From Octopus vulgaris (lineage: Eukaryota), in NCBI GenBank assembly GCA_951406725.2, contig OX597837.1, positions 13,330,001 to 13,394,000 of the forward strand: a stretch of DNA of 64,000 bases. The letters are read 5' to 3'. A program made the translations under genes and the position numbers. Below, one piece after another: positions 51,106-64,000 of the stretch; positions within the stretch are counted from its first letter, which is position 1, and the number at the start of each line of letters is the position of its first letter. The notes beneath the pieces are model-generated. The model was not told the DNA's origin, made no database searches, and saw only the letters and a list, made by a program, of their open reading frames with translations.

Positions 51106-52063
51106 TGATGGAATAAAATGCAATACCAATGCTGACTGGCCAGGATTTGAACTTGGTCATTAACCAACAAAAGAAACTACTGCTCAGCATGTTACCCTCT
51201 GTGCCACCCTTACACACCTGATTATAATATCGCAAAAATTGTATTGAGATAAAAGTAGCAATAAAGAAGATTCCAAATTTTGGCACAAGGCCAGTAATTT
51301 GGTGGCGGCGGTGGTGGTGGTGCATAATTATGTTTTATTATTTTAGTTTGCATGTTTTTGAAATAACTAAAGATTGAAGTCATGCAAAATGTCATAATAT
51401 AAATTTGTGGAGATTAAATAAAAAGTTTGTTGCTTCGTTAACACTGATAAGTGTCCATGCAACATCTTGCAAGAAGTCAATCAATCCAATAACTGTTTCC
51501 CTCAGCTCACAGCATACCGAGTGAGCTTGGTAGGCCATCGTACTTACGGTACTACACTGAAATTGGGAATTTCGAAAAGCAGACATGACTGATGGTTCGG
51601 AGGAGAATATATATATATATTTTTGGTTTTGGCTTGTATTGTTTTGTTTTTGTTTTGTTTTTGTTTTGTTTTTTTCTTTGGGTGTGTGATAATAATTATG
51701 GTAAAGGAATTCCTGATTTCAGACAGTTTGAGTTCTAATATAAAAGGCTTTTTGGTTAGAAACGTTTATTTGGAGCTGAAACAGCCAACTTGGTATGCAG
51801 GATGAAACACACACTCACACATTTGTATATACTTGTATGTACTCATATATATATGTGTGTGTCTATGAGTGTTATATATACATATACACACACACGCATA
51901 TGTATACATTTGTATATACTTGCATGTGTTCATATATGTGTGTGTGTATGTGTGCGTGTGTGTGTAATCACACATACATTTGTGTGTGTATGAGTATTAT
52001 ATATACATACATATACATAAACATGTGTCTGTATATGTATGAGTGAAAATATCTATCTCTATA

Positions 52064-52094
<31 letters not shown>

Positions 52095-52356
52095 GTGTAT
52101 ATATGTATGCTCATACAAGCACGTGAACCCTTCCCCCAGCTCTATATATTCTAGATGTGTGATTAAGAAGTTTGTTTCCTAACCTCGTGTCTCTGAGTCC
52201 GTCCCACTGTGTGACACCTTGGTCAAGTGTCTTGTACTCTAGCCTTGTGAGTCAATTTAGTAGACAGAAACTGCAAGAGACCCAGCATGTACACACACAC
52301 ACACACACACATATATATGCATACATGTATACTTCCTTATATACACTTATCTATGT

Positions 52357-52662
52357 GTGGAGGCACATGGCCTAGAGGTTTGAGCAGCAGACTCGCGGTC
52401 GAGGGATTGCGGGTTTGAATCTCAGACTGGGCGATGTGTGTGTTTATGAGCGAAACACCTAAGCTCCACGCGGCTCCGGCAGAAGGTAATGGTGAAACTT
52501 CTGCTGACTCTTTCGCCACAACCTTCTATCACTCTTTCCTCCTGCATCTAGCAGCTCACCTGCGATGGACTGGCATCCCGTCCAGGTGGGGTACCTATAT
52601 GTCACGGAAACCGGGAAACCGGCCCCTAATGAACCAGGTATGGCTCAAGAAGGAACAAACAA
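52357..52662 (+). mobile_element. tRNA-derived SINE, copy of 50817-51105
   Basis: High similarity over the full length. Confidence 0.8.
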
Positions 52663-55052
52663 AACTTAGCTATGTATAATAAATTAAAACTAAATTGGTG
52701 CATATACTGAGAATTATATAAAATCAAATATTCCAAGATTGCTATTATATCAAATAGACTCCTAAAATGGCTAAAAGGATATCTAGTTAAATTCAACACA
52801 TGATTACATTAATTCACCCCTACATATAATTTCAAATGTATATGCACATATCATAAACAAACATGCACATAATCAGAAACTTTAAAAAAAAACTAGAATT
52901 CAAGATGGTAGGTTTTCATGAAAGTAGACTTGCTGGTGATTAATTGATAAATGGATGCATAGCACATATGCTTCATGGATACTTCTGGAAATATAATTTT
53001 CTATATGTATCTGTGCACACAACAACTGTATATTAAAAATACAGGCTTAGATGTACAACGAATTAAATAAAAATACTTCAAGGCAGCTTCTGCATCAAAA
53101 TAGATTTACATCTGATTAAAGAGGTATGCAGGCATATCATATCATGTATATACATATATATCTATATATATATATATATATGCATTTATGCTTACATTGA
53201 TAGGTCTCTGCATATGGTTACATATGTATCTGTGTATATTAATATCTAAAAACAGACTTATAAGCCAGGAATAAGAAAAAAAAAACTTCCAAGATAGCTT
53301 TTGCATTGAAATAAGTTCACAAATGATTAGATGCTCACCTTGGATTTTGTTTCCTCCGTTCTGTGTGTGTGTGTGTGTGTGTGTGTGGTAGACAATAATC
53401 TAGAAGCTAAAAATAAGCAATATTACAGCTGCAGCACTGATGCTTTACAGAACCAGTATCTGATTCTGAAGGTACATTGCTTGGCACCTTGGGTAAGTCT
53501 TCTACCACGGTCCCAGGCTGACCAATGCCGTTCAAGTGGATTTGGTAGACAATAATTGAACACTGGTTATGGGTTCAATCCCAGTGTACGCTATCTTTGA
53601 CAAGTGTTTAATAAAATAGAGCTGACCGATGTCTTGTGAGTGAATTTGGTGCACAGAAACTGTGCGGAGGTCTGTCATGTATATGCACACACACACATTA
53701 AAAAAAAGCTCTGTGAAGTGTGACATTTAACCCAGAGATCAGGCTCAGTAGTGACTTCCACACCCTGCTCCAGTGGCCAGTGTAGTGTGACACAGGGCAT
53801 TGACTTTGGGATAGGCTCGTGGGTGGAATACAAGCTGAATAATGGAAATAATAACAATATACAGAAACAGGTAATTGAATGCCACACCTGTTTTAGATGC
53901 AGGTATGATTGTGTGGTAAGAAGCTTGTTTCCCAACCACATGGTTTCAGGTTCAGTCCCACCACATGGCACCTTCGGCCAGTGTCTGCTACTATAGCTGT
54001 GGGCCAACCAAAGTCTTGTGAGTTGATTTAGTAGATGGAAACTGAAAGAAGCCTAATGCACACACACACACACACATAGCTATATACATGTGTGCATGTG
54101 TCATTGTGTTTGTCCCCCACCACTGCTTGACAACTGGTGTTTGTGTGTTTACATCCCCATGACCGTAACAGTTTGGCATAGAATTTCAATCGAATAATTG
54201 TCAGGCTTTAACACAAGTAAATGCTGGCATCAATCTGTTCAACTAAAACACTTCAAGGCGATGATCCAGCATGGCCGCAGTCTAATGACTGAAATATGAA
54301 AGGTATGTCCTCCAATGTAAGGACAGGCAATACGGTGCTAAGCATTTTGTCCAGTTTGCTAACGATTCTACCAACTCATCTCCTTAATAATAATGATGAT
54401 GATGATAATGAAGATAATGAAATTATTTTTAATATAGTGGCAAATGTACTGGGGAAGGGGATTAGTTGATTAAATTTATTCCAGAATTTTGATTGGTATT
54501 TAATTAGGTTGATTTAATTGACTATCCCCCACCCCACCCAATTAAAAAAACTCCTTCCTCAAGATTTCTGGTTTTATGAATGTGTTCAAAATGGGAGAAT
54601 GCTGTTTGACTGCTCTGAGAAAAATGTCCAATAACAATGATTAAAAAAAAAAAAAACCCCAAAAACAATCGAATCAAACAAAAAAAATTTGAAGGATAAC
54701 TGTGTCAATAATATTTGTAAAATGTATTGATCATTATCCGATCTATTAGAAATGTCCACAGTATTCATTGATTTCATGTCCTATGTAAACAAACTATCAA
54801 AGCATGTAACAGACCAAGCTGTCCTCCCACAATCGTAGAAAGAGAGAGAGATCTCAAATAATTCAAATGGTAACTGTATCATATGGCCCAAGGTTCGTTA
54901 ATAGGGGAATCCATCTTCTGAATCTGGTGCATTAAAAGCACAAGAAATGTTGCATGCAAAATTCAACGCCAGCAGGAACAGATAAACCAATATCTTATGA
55001 TAATGATGACAATTGAAATAAGAGCCAGACACAACTCTTTGACTCTTTCAAA

Positions 55053-55434
55053 TCTCTCTCTATATAAAGCTGAAGTTGTCTGTGTATGGCAGGTTTGGTA
55101 GCCTTCAACTAACACTATCTCCTCCGAGACCCTGCGGCGCAAGTTGACCAAAATTGAGAGTATCATAGAAGAAGGCTTGCTCTTCCTTCCGTAGAAGAAA
55201 AAATTCAAATTGGACCATGTTAACACCAAAAATTATTTACATCAAAAAGGTGCTTTTTTTCTATGAAAATCCCGATTTTTTTACTGCTGTGTCGCCATTT
55301 TTCGGTGTATTTCAACCAGAAAAATGTTCACTTAAAGAGAATAACAAGCTACATAATGCAGAATTTTTACTTTTCAAAAATTCCAATTCTAAAGGGTCGA
55401 TACAAACCCGAGCAACACCACGCAATACTGCTAG
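55053..55434 (+). mobile_element. Non-autonomous Helitron
   Basis: A|TCTCTCTCTATATAAAG 5' end; 3' end CCCGAGCAACACCACGCAATACTG-CTAG|T (decayed hairpin then CTAG); inserted in an AT dinucleotide with no TSD. Confidence 0.75.
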
Positions 55435-56536
55435 TATAATATAAATAGATGCAAGAGGAATATGTTTCTGTCCATCTTTCTTTTTCTTGTCATCATTTAA
55501 TGTCCGTTTTCACAGCCCTGGGGCTGGGTCAAGCTCCAATGTCTGCTTTGTTAGGGTTTCTGTGACTGGATGCTCTTCCTAATACCAACCACTTCACAGT
55601 GTGTACTGGGGCCTGTCTTTTAGTACCACCAGCACTGGTGAGCCCTAGTCGCTTCAGTAGGATTTGAACTCAGAATATAGAAGGCCAGAACACATATCAC
55701 CAGGCACTTTGTCCTGTACTACACTAACCATTTCTGCCAGTCCACCCCGTATTTATTCCTATACTAGATTTTATTCCGACACTCGTTTCCTTGGAAACAG
55801 AATTGGAGGAATTAGTCAAATTTATTAAATACTTGAAAAGAAAAATAGTCTTTGAAAGTGACGAGGCAAAACATTGCCATGTCCACTCTGCATAAAGTGA
55901 CCAGCAAAATGCAGCCAATACTACCACCACCACACTACTACTACTACTACTACTACTACTGTAGCCGGGAACAATACTATCCATTAGTATTAACCTTTAC
56001 AATCCCAGAATAGCCAGATTTAACACACAAAGAGATGTCTACAGAAGAATCTCTTGCCAAACGTTAGGCTTACAATCTATCTTCTTGTTCGACTGAGATT
56101 ACAGTAACGATGGTGGTGGTAGTGGTAGTAGTAATAATAGTAGTAGTAGGAGGAGGAGGAGGAGGAGGAGTCTTTATGTAGTGCTTCTGCACTATGGAAG
56201 AGTTAATCTCTCGTCAACATAATTTTGTTCTTTTTTCCTTCTGGGATCAATAACATAAGCACCACTTAAGTATTGACGATACTTCTTGTGCTTAAATTCC
56301 TGACCTTGTTCCAAAGTTGGAAATCTTCTTCATAATCATCATCATCATCATCATCATCATCATGATTCTTCATGATCATTATCCAAGACATGCCAAAAAT
56401 GGCATTCTCACAGATCTAGGAGTTATCAGATATATATGTCTATCCTTTCAGAGAGTTCTTTGCTGTCCCCTAAGCAGGTGCTTATCTCTGCTTCCTATGG
56501 TTCGGATGGTAAATCTTTCTTCGGAGAATACTCCCT

Positions 56537-56740
56537 TTACTCTTTTACTTTTACTTGTTTCAGTCTTTTGACTGCGGCCATGCTGGAGCATCACCTTTAA
56601 TCGAGCAACTCGACCCCGGGACTTATTCTTTTGTAAGCCCAGTACTTATTCTATCGGTCTCTTTTTGCCGAACTGCTAAGTGACGGGGAGATAAACACAC
56701 CAGCATCGGTTGTCAAGCAATGCTAGGGGGACAAACACAG

Positions 56741-56775
<35 letters not shown>

Positions 56776-56947
56776 CATATATACGACGGGCTTCTTTTAG
56801 TTTGCGTCTACCAAATCCACTCACAAGGCTTTGGTCAGGCCCGAGGCTATAGTAGAAGACACTTGCCCAAGGTACCACGCAGTGGGACTGAACCCGGAAC
56901 CATGTGGTTGGTAAGCAAGCTACTTACCACACAGCCACTCCTGCGCC
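56537..56947 (-). mobile_element. Full-length, well-preserved copy of the abundant tRNA-derived SINE
   Basis: Complete head (GGCGCAGGAGTGGCTGTGTGG) through to the tail; CpGs retained. Confidence 0.88.
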
Positions 56948-57746
56948 CATTGCAGTATATTGCTGATTAATGTTTCATGTGGGAGGCATTCGTCCTCTTT
57001 TCATTAATTTCTTTGATTCCATGTAGCAGATAAGACGCCACAAAGAGAGGTCTTCACATGTCTCAGTCTTTGGCAATGGGTTGCAGTTGTCCCCAGGTGG
57101 AGCCACTTGCCAGTGCTTCAGTTTCTGTATCATATTAGGAAAGCAGAACAAAAGGAAGAAAACACAAAGATGGATGGTCAGAAGCTGAGCAGGTAAAAAT
57201 ATTTAAGTGTTTAGGACAAATAATGAGCACCTACCTCAGCTTTCCAGCTCTGATCAAACCGTCCAACCCATGCCAGCATGGACAACGGACGTTAAATGAT
57301 GACGATGATGAACAAGTCAGGAAGGTTGCTGTGATGCAAATTACTCAAAGAATAAATAAAGCTAAAACAACATTTTATAAGAATGGAAAGGATTTTCACC
57401 CCAAAAGAGATAAATATTACACGTAAAATTGAGGCTAGTAAACTGCATTTCATATTTAGTCATGCACTGGAGCACAAAGCCTCATGGTTGAATCAACATA
57501 ATATTGTACAATTAACTGAGGGATTGGAGGCTCTTGCCCTGTTATTGGTTGTGTATTGTTTGTGACCAAAACACTTGGTTTTCATTGCTCCATCCTCTAG
57601 GATTGCAAGGAGTGTAGTTGATTAAAGCAACCTTGAATTTATTTCATTGACCTCAGAAGAGCAAAATTCAAATCTGACTCTGACAAGATTTGAACACAGA
57701 AAGCAGAACAGTAAAATATGGTAAAACACTTTGTATATTCTTTCCA

Positions 57747-58146
57747 GGCGTAGCAGTGTGTGTGTGGTATGTAGCTTGCTTATCAACCATATGGTTCCGG
57801 GTTCAGTCCCACTGCGTGGCACCTTGGCCAATTGTCTTCTACTATAGCCTCAGGCTGACCAAAGCCTTGTGAGTGGATTTGGTAGACAGAAACTGAAAGA
57901 AGCCTGTCGTATATATGTATATATATATATGCGTGTGTGTGTTTGTGTGTCTGTGTTTGTCCCCCCCAACATTGCTTGACAACCGATGCTGGTGTGTTTA
58001 CGTCCCCGTAACTTAGCGGTTTTGGCAAAAGAGACAGATAGAATAAGTACTAAGCTTACAAAGAATAAGTCCTGGGGACGATTTGCTCAACTAAAGGCGG
58101 TGCTCCAGCATGGCCACAGCCAATTGACTGAAACAAGCAAAAGAGT
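57747..58146 (+). mobile_element. Full-length SINE copy, inverted relative to 56537-56947
   Basis: Same family in the opposite orientation, about 800 bp away. Confidence 0.88.
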
Positions 58147-59411
58147 TTCTTTTCTACTCTAGGCACAAGGCCCGAGATTTTGGGGGCCTCTACCTTATAA
58201 TATTGAGTAGAAGTAAGATTCCAACGAACCAGGTCAGCCTCCCAGTTTTGCTAACTGATTGTGATCCTTTATCTCCAGTTATATCACCACTACTTGCGGG
58301 GGAAAAAACAAACAAAGCAAGACGCATAACTGTCACACAATCTCACCTCTACCCCAGCCCCCTCACCTCTTACATTTACCTAAGTAAGAAAAATCAATGA
58401 GTTGCAAAAAGGCTTTTGAACAGCTGTAAGAATTTCTAATTGCTTCACAAAATGGCCTGTTTCTTTCTACTGTCAGACAATATTTATTTAGAATCTCGTT
58501 GTTTAGGCGCAGGCTTGGCTGTGTGGTTGGGAAGCTTGCTTTGCAACCACATGGCTTTAGGTTCAATCCCACAGCATTGCACCATTGGCAAGTGTTTTCT
58601 ACTGTAGCTCCTAGTCAACCAATGACTTAGAAGCGAATCTGGTAAATGAAAACCGTGTGGAAACGTGTTGTCTCTATGTTGATATCACTTTGTAAAACAG
58701 TTCTCTGTACTTCTCTCTCATGACTTAGAAGTTCAACAAAGAAATCGATAAACTAAGTACCAAACTTATGACTAGTACTAATGTTAATAAAATTAGCTAA
58801 AATCTCCTAAATGTAATGCTGTAGCATGGCCAGTCAATGACTCAAACAAGTAAAAAAGAAAAGTGCTTGATATATTTGAATATTAATGCCAACAGAATAG
58901 TAACAGCTGTTACCAAATTTTTTTTATTTTCCTTTTCCTGATTATTCTTACATGTAGCAAAATAGTTAAGGAGATGAGATAATGGACTTTCAAGCCTCCA
59001 ACTTGCTCGTTCTGACAGAACTGTATTCTGCAACACAGCTTTTGGGTGTCCACTTTCCACCATGTCCCATTTACTAGGCAGAATGTTACCTCAAGCAAAC
59101 TGGGGATCGATTTGGGGGTTGGGTTAATTGAGCTACATTTTATGTCGGTACAGTTTCTCACCTTTTGCAAATAAGGCTCACCACAGGCCCTTTGGCTTCG
59201 TCTGAACCAAGATTGCTATAGAAGCTACTTGTATATCTTGGGTCACAACAACAGTAAGTTCACAAAATATCTCTGAACAAGACTGGGTTGTAAATGATGT
59301 AAAAACTGTCTGGAGGACCTGAATCAATAACCATTCAGAAATGCTGAATATATTCTTTTCTTCTTTTACTTGTTTCAGTCGTTGGACTGCGACCATGCTG
59401 GGGCACTACCT

Positions 59412-59647
59412 ATTTCTTTATTGCCCACAAGGGGCTAAACATAGAGGGGACAAACAATGGCAGACAAAGGGGTTAAGTTGATTACATCAACCCCAGTGCA
59501 TAATTGGTACTTCATTTATCGACCCCGAAAGGATGAAAGGCAAAGTCGACCTCGGCGGAATTTGAATTCAGAACATAGCAGCAGACAAAATACCGCTAAG
59601 CATTTCACCTGGTGTGCTAACGTTTCTACCAGCTCGCCGCCTTATGG
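59412..59647 (-). mobile_element. SINE nested within another SINE
   Basis: 13-bp TSD TGGGGCACTACCT (59399-59411, 59648-59660); the host SINE continues on both sides. Confidence 0.82.
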
Positions 59648-61292
59648 TGGGGCACTACCTTGAAGGGTTTTATCAGATTTTAAAATCTAGTACTTATTCT
59701 ATTGGTATCTTTTCCCAAATGTTAAATTGCTGGGATGTAAACAAACCAATGCTGGTTGTCAAGTGGTGGCAGGTACAAACATAACCACAGGTGTGTGTGT
59801 GTGTGTGTGAATGAATTCCACACAGTTGCCATCTACCAAATTATCTCACAAGGCATTATTCGACCTGAGGCTGTAGTAGAAGACACTGTAGTACAATGGG
59901 ACTGAACCCCAAACCACATGGTTGCAAAGTAAGTGTCTTTACCACACTGCCATGCCTGCACCTACATAGCAGTAAAATTTGGGAGCCATTGAATAAGATT
60001 GTCTCTGAGTAATGTGTTGCCTAAGAGAGGAAACACTGTAATGGTCTTAGATCACTTCTTGTCTAAATGATTCATGGTTTTGATGACCAGCATCTGAGCA
60101 AGAATCTGCTGCCGTTTCATTGATTCTGAACCAAATAATTTATTCACACTGACCCAATTCACTCACTCAGCCATTAGTAGGGACAGCTATCCTGTCAATG
60201 AAGAACCGTATTTGATGACATACAACATGCATTTTCTCTTCTTAAAACTGTGTTTAAAAAAAATCATCCCAGGTTGTCTATGTGAAGTTGGACCTCTCAT
60301 AAGCTAATTTTGTCCCTGACACCTTTTTCCCCGAATATAAGCTGCTGAAATTGGGGTGCATCTAATATACCATTAATTCAGTATGTTACTAATGATAAAG
60401 TGTGGTAGGTATTTAAAAAAAACAACCAAAAAACACATTGCCTTTATAATTCCCGTCAGCAGCTGAAAAGGCTTTTGTGTCAGAACGGTCACACACACTC
60501 ATGCTAGAGTCCCTCTGGGAATGGCAAGGCAGACAGCTGAAAATATAGATTATTATGATCAAGGCAAATCTTGAATCATTCTTTGGTTCTGGTGTATACA
60601 AAATGTCCACTACAAGATGTTGTCTCATATCGTTTCTTGTGAGAAATTCTCATGAATTGTCGTGTTTTAGTCATCTGTGTGTAACGTTAGTCACCTCCAT
60701 TACTATTTTCTCACTACAACATGACGCCATAACACTCCACGTTTCCAGAATATGAACGACCTAAAGAGGGAATAGGGGGGACCACGAAGGAGATGGCTCT
60801 ATAACAAGCATTAAGGAATGGACAGGAAGGAGATGAAACATTTTGACACAGCTCGTTTTTGGCATCACTGATTCAATGCTGAGCTGTTTGATACCAGACA
60901 TAGCTTTCTGTTCTCTCTCCCTCCCCCCTCCTCCTCCCTCTTTCCTTCTCTCTCTCTCTCTCTTTCCTTCTCTCTCTCTCTCTCTCTCTCTCTGAGTGTA
61001 TTTCTCGTCCTGTGTCTGACGAGAAGGAAAATGTTTGTCAGTCACATTCAAATAAACTGCAATGCCTCTACCCCCTCTCTCTGTTTGTGTGTGTTAGCAT
61101 CTGGTCATACTAGTGTGTGTCATGTATATCGCTTTCCCCACCCCGCTCTCCCTATCTGTATGTGTATATTTCTGTGCACACCTATGTTTGCCTCCAGTGC
61201 TAAAAAGTACAGTCGCAGAAACTAGCAGGATGTCTTGTCAGCCGTGCCAAACCATCATTGTTCACACTGCTCTGTCTCCAGTTATCCCATTC

Positions 61293-61506
61293 GGCGATCT
61301 TTCGGTACAAGTACCATAACTGCCAATTATAAACCCACGTGGGTTTATTTACATTTCTGAAGAAAAAAAGAAACCCTTTTCCCCCCACCCCCAACCCTAA
61401 CCCCACATATATATAAAAAAAAAAACTTTACGGAAAGTGACGATCTTCTTCTTCAAATGTAAACAAACAGACTTGGCAGTTATGGTACTTGTACCGAAAG
61501 ATCGCC
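61293..61506. mobile_element. Merlin-like MITE
   Basis: Perfect 34-bp TIRs GGCGATCTTTCGGTACAAGTACCATAACTGCCAA (61293-61326 / 61473-61506); 8-bp TSD TCCCATTC/TCTCATTC (7/8 match); GGNRM termini. Confidence 0.75.
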
Positions 61507-62761
61507 TCTCATTCCAAGAACGGAAGCTGGTGTGAAATATTAGATTGGCTGATGGTCAAGAAAAATGGAAGGAGAAATTTACACCGACATCGCCAACTAT
61601 TTCACAATGCAGTAGTTTGGCCCTAACCAAGCATTTTAATAAACTTGGCAGGCAACACACGTAATCAGATTTTTGGTTATCAGAGCACTTTTAGGTCTAC
61701 ACACGATATCCGCTAGTTATTAATATTGTTACAGTTGTTGTAAGTTTTAAAAAAGAACTTTCAAAACCGCTTCAAAAGTAAACAGTTACTTATCTCTGAA
61801 CGATTTAATCGACCACCTCAGAAAATAAACTATTCCGGCCATTGACGTCAAACATTCTTCTGCTTTTCTCATCGATTCCTTAATGTGAAATCAGGTTAGC
61901 AGAGTTTATTGTACAACGAAAAGTTTTCTAAGCTGTTGCACTGTTAACGTGTTGAGATGAATTAATGTTAAGCATTGAACAACCCTCCACGTTTTAGTCT
62001 CTTGCCGTGTGTGTGTGTGTGTTACCTATGTGGGTGGTTTTGATGTAAAAGTCAACGACTTAGGAACAATCTCTTCATGCTGCCTTCAGCAAAATCCGTA
62101 GGTTTCGTGTAAACTTGTAGCTGTGTTCTGTATTGGCAAATAGTTAATGCAGAAGTTCAAAGCATGTGGTACAATGTTCATGCAGTGAGCAAGAAGTTTA
62201 ACATTTCAGGTAGATCCTTTCTTTGGAGAGAAAGAGAGATTAGACAGAGGTGTTATTATTGTGTTGCAGGATAGACTAGAAGTTGTGAGAGTGAAAGCAA
62301 ACATTGTTATATTCTGGTGGGGAGGGAACATAATTATTATCCAATTATTATAATAGTGAAAAATAAGGATGGATGATGACGGAGGAGGATAAATGTTGTT
62401 GTGGAGGCGTGTAAATGGGGTCAACTGTCAAAAGTAAGGAGAAAATTACGCCAGCAGATGTGAAAAACAGTTGCCCGGAGGCGGTAAAATGGAAAAGAAT
62501 CATACATCGCCACATACAGGCATTCGCATGTATACATAGTTCCTAATTTAAGCACAAGGCCTGGAATTTTGAGAGGAGGGGTTAGTCGACACCATCGCCC
62601 CCCAGTAATTGACTGGTACTTTATTTGATGGAACCCGAAAGGAGGAAAGTCAAAGATGGTCCCGGCGGAAATTTGAACTCAGAACGTAAAAAGCTGGAAC
62701 GTTCTTTTCCGACGCTTTGACGATTCTGCCAAACCATTGCCCTTGCTCATAGAAATGCGTC

Positions 62762-63143
62762 GTGGCACTCCGTCGGTTGCGACGACGAGTGTTCCAGTTG
62801 ATCCGATCAGCGGAACAGCCAGCTCATGAAATTAACGTGTAAGTGGCTGAGCACTCCACAGACATGCATACCCTTAATGTAGTTCTCGGGGAGATTCAGT
62901 GTGACACAGAGTGTGACAAGGCTGGCCCTTTGAAATACAGGTACGACAGAAACAGGAAGAAAGAGTGAGAGAAAGTTGTGGTGAAAGAGTACAGCAGGGT
63001 TCGCCACCACACCCTGCCGGAGCCTCGTTGAACCTTAACTGTTTTTGCCCAATAAACACTCATAACGCCCGGTCTGGAAATCGAAACCGCGATCCTACGA
63101 CCGCAAGTCGGCTGCCCTAACCACTGGACCATTGCACCTCCAC
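62762..63143 (-). mobile_element. tRNA-derived SINE, copy of 6314-6706
   Basis: Reverse-complement similarity across the whole element. Confidence 0.85.
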
Positions 63144-64000
63144 TATAAATGCATACATATACATACAAAAACATGCACACATACACACTGTAACCACACA
63201 TATTTTCCAAGTCATTATCATATGGACACACAAATACGTTTGGTGAAACAAACAGGAGAAATAGGATTGAATATATTAGTGTATATATTTTTATATTTAG
63301 CCGTAAAGTTTCATAAGTAACCGAAGGGCCAAGAGTTTCGTTCTATTCGCTGTACTTATTAAACTATTTTTTAATAAGTGCCGTGCACAAACCTCTTCAC
63401 TCTTGAGGGAGAAGAAATGTCTTGTGTTGGTGGATAGATTGGGAGTCGCGAGAGGGAAAATATTGTTATATAATAATGGTGTAAAATAAGGGAGGGAGGA
63501 TGTCGATGGAGAGGTTTCTAGGAAAACAAATGTCAGTGTGGAAGTATGGTTTTGGTTGGTGGTGGTGGGGGTCAGTAGTTTATGGTAGAAGTAAATTACG
63601 CTTATTGATTTTTTAAAAAAGTTGATGGGAGGCGGTGAGAACAAGGAAAAAATCGGTAATATTTCAGTTGAGGATGTTTAAAATAGTAAATAAAAATGAA
63701 AGGGGAAGTAACAGGGGTGGGGTGGGGGGTTAATAAGTCAAGTGTTAAGCAACGTGGCCCTGGGCTATAAGTCACCAAAAAGTGAACGAAAGGCTTTTTT
63801 TTTTTTTTTTTCTTGGAACAGAATTCCTGCATAATGAATTCGTGTAAATATGACACAAATAAATTGTCCCACATTCCAAATTGTCGCCGTAATTTTCTTT
63901 TCACTCGCTTTCACATATTCTCCCCATTTCGCGTGTGGACCTCCTCGTTTTTGGGATCCACAAAGTTCTCCTGGTGCGCAAATCCCTTCGTGAGTGTAGG

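Noticed and set aside
51542-51586. Minus-strand ATG plus GTAAGT mini-exon (MSAFRNSQFQCST)
   Set aside because: Too short, no recognisable homology, and expected by chance in 64 kb.
3850-57311. Recurring GTGCCAC/GTGGCAC...AAAAGCACC units resembling a CRISPR or other regular array
   Set aside because: They are internal tandem units of an RTE 3' UTR, with irregular spacing, eukaryotic context and no cas genes.
61515-61900. Promoter-like CCAAT, ETS and TGACGTCA motifs
   Set aside because: The motifs are dispersed over about 350 bp with no linked exon; compatible with chance.
63880-64000. Possible exon ending at GTGAGT near the window end
   Set aside because: No recognisable peptide and it does not match the expected TBC1D25 exon 2; context is truncated.

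Overview
This window is repeat-dense eukaryotic (animal) genomic DNA, not prokaryotic. It has GT-AG introns, abundant microsatellites and SINE/LINE families. These resemble Octopus (coleoid cephalopod) repeats as I recall them, so the organism call is an inference. Well-supported genes are (1) a complete spliced RPL15 on the minus strand, with coding exons of 172+137+306 nt (204 aa) and a 5'TOP exon, and (2) an intronless-CDS UTP18 (26427-27878, minus). Two isolated exons are less certain: a probable first coding exon of TBC1D25 (42815-42868, +) and a candidate DUF3987/YfjI-like exon (1007-1232, -). The rest is mostly transposon debris: several tRNA-derived SINE families; RTE, CR1/L2, RLE-type (R4/Dong-like) and Penelope-like retroelement fragments; hAT-Buster, Merlin-like, piggyBac-like and mariner MITEs/fragments; and one non-autonomous Helitron. 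The most unusual signal is a set of minimal type-I hammerhead-ribozyme motifs in or near long palindromes flanked by (TA)n, including a back-to-back pair on both strands at 36354-36445. Hammerheads in Penelope-type termini are known in general. I see no evidence for a wholly new multi-gene system. Almost all short ORFs in the track are repeat or microsatellite artefacts.
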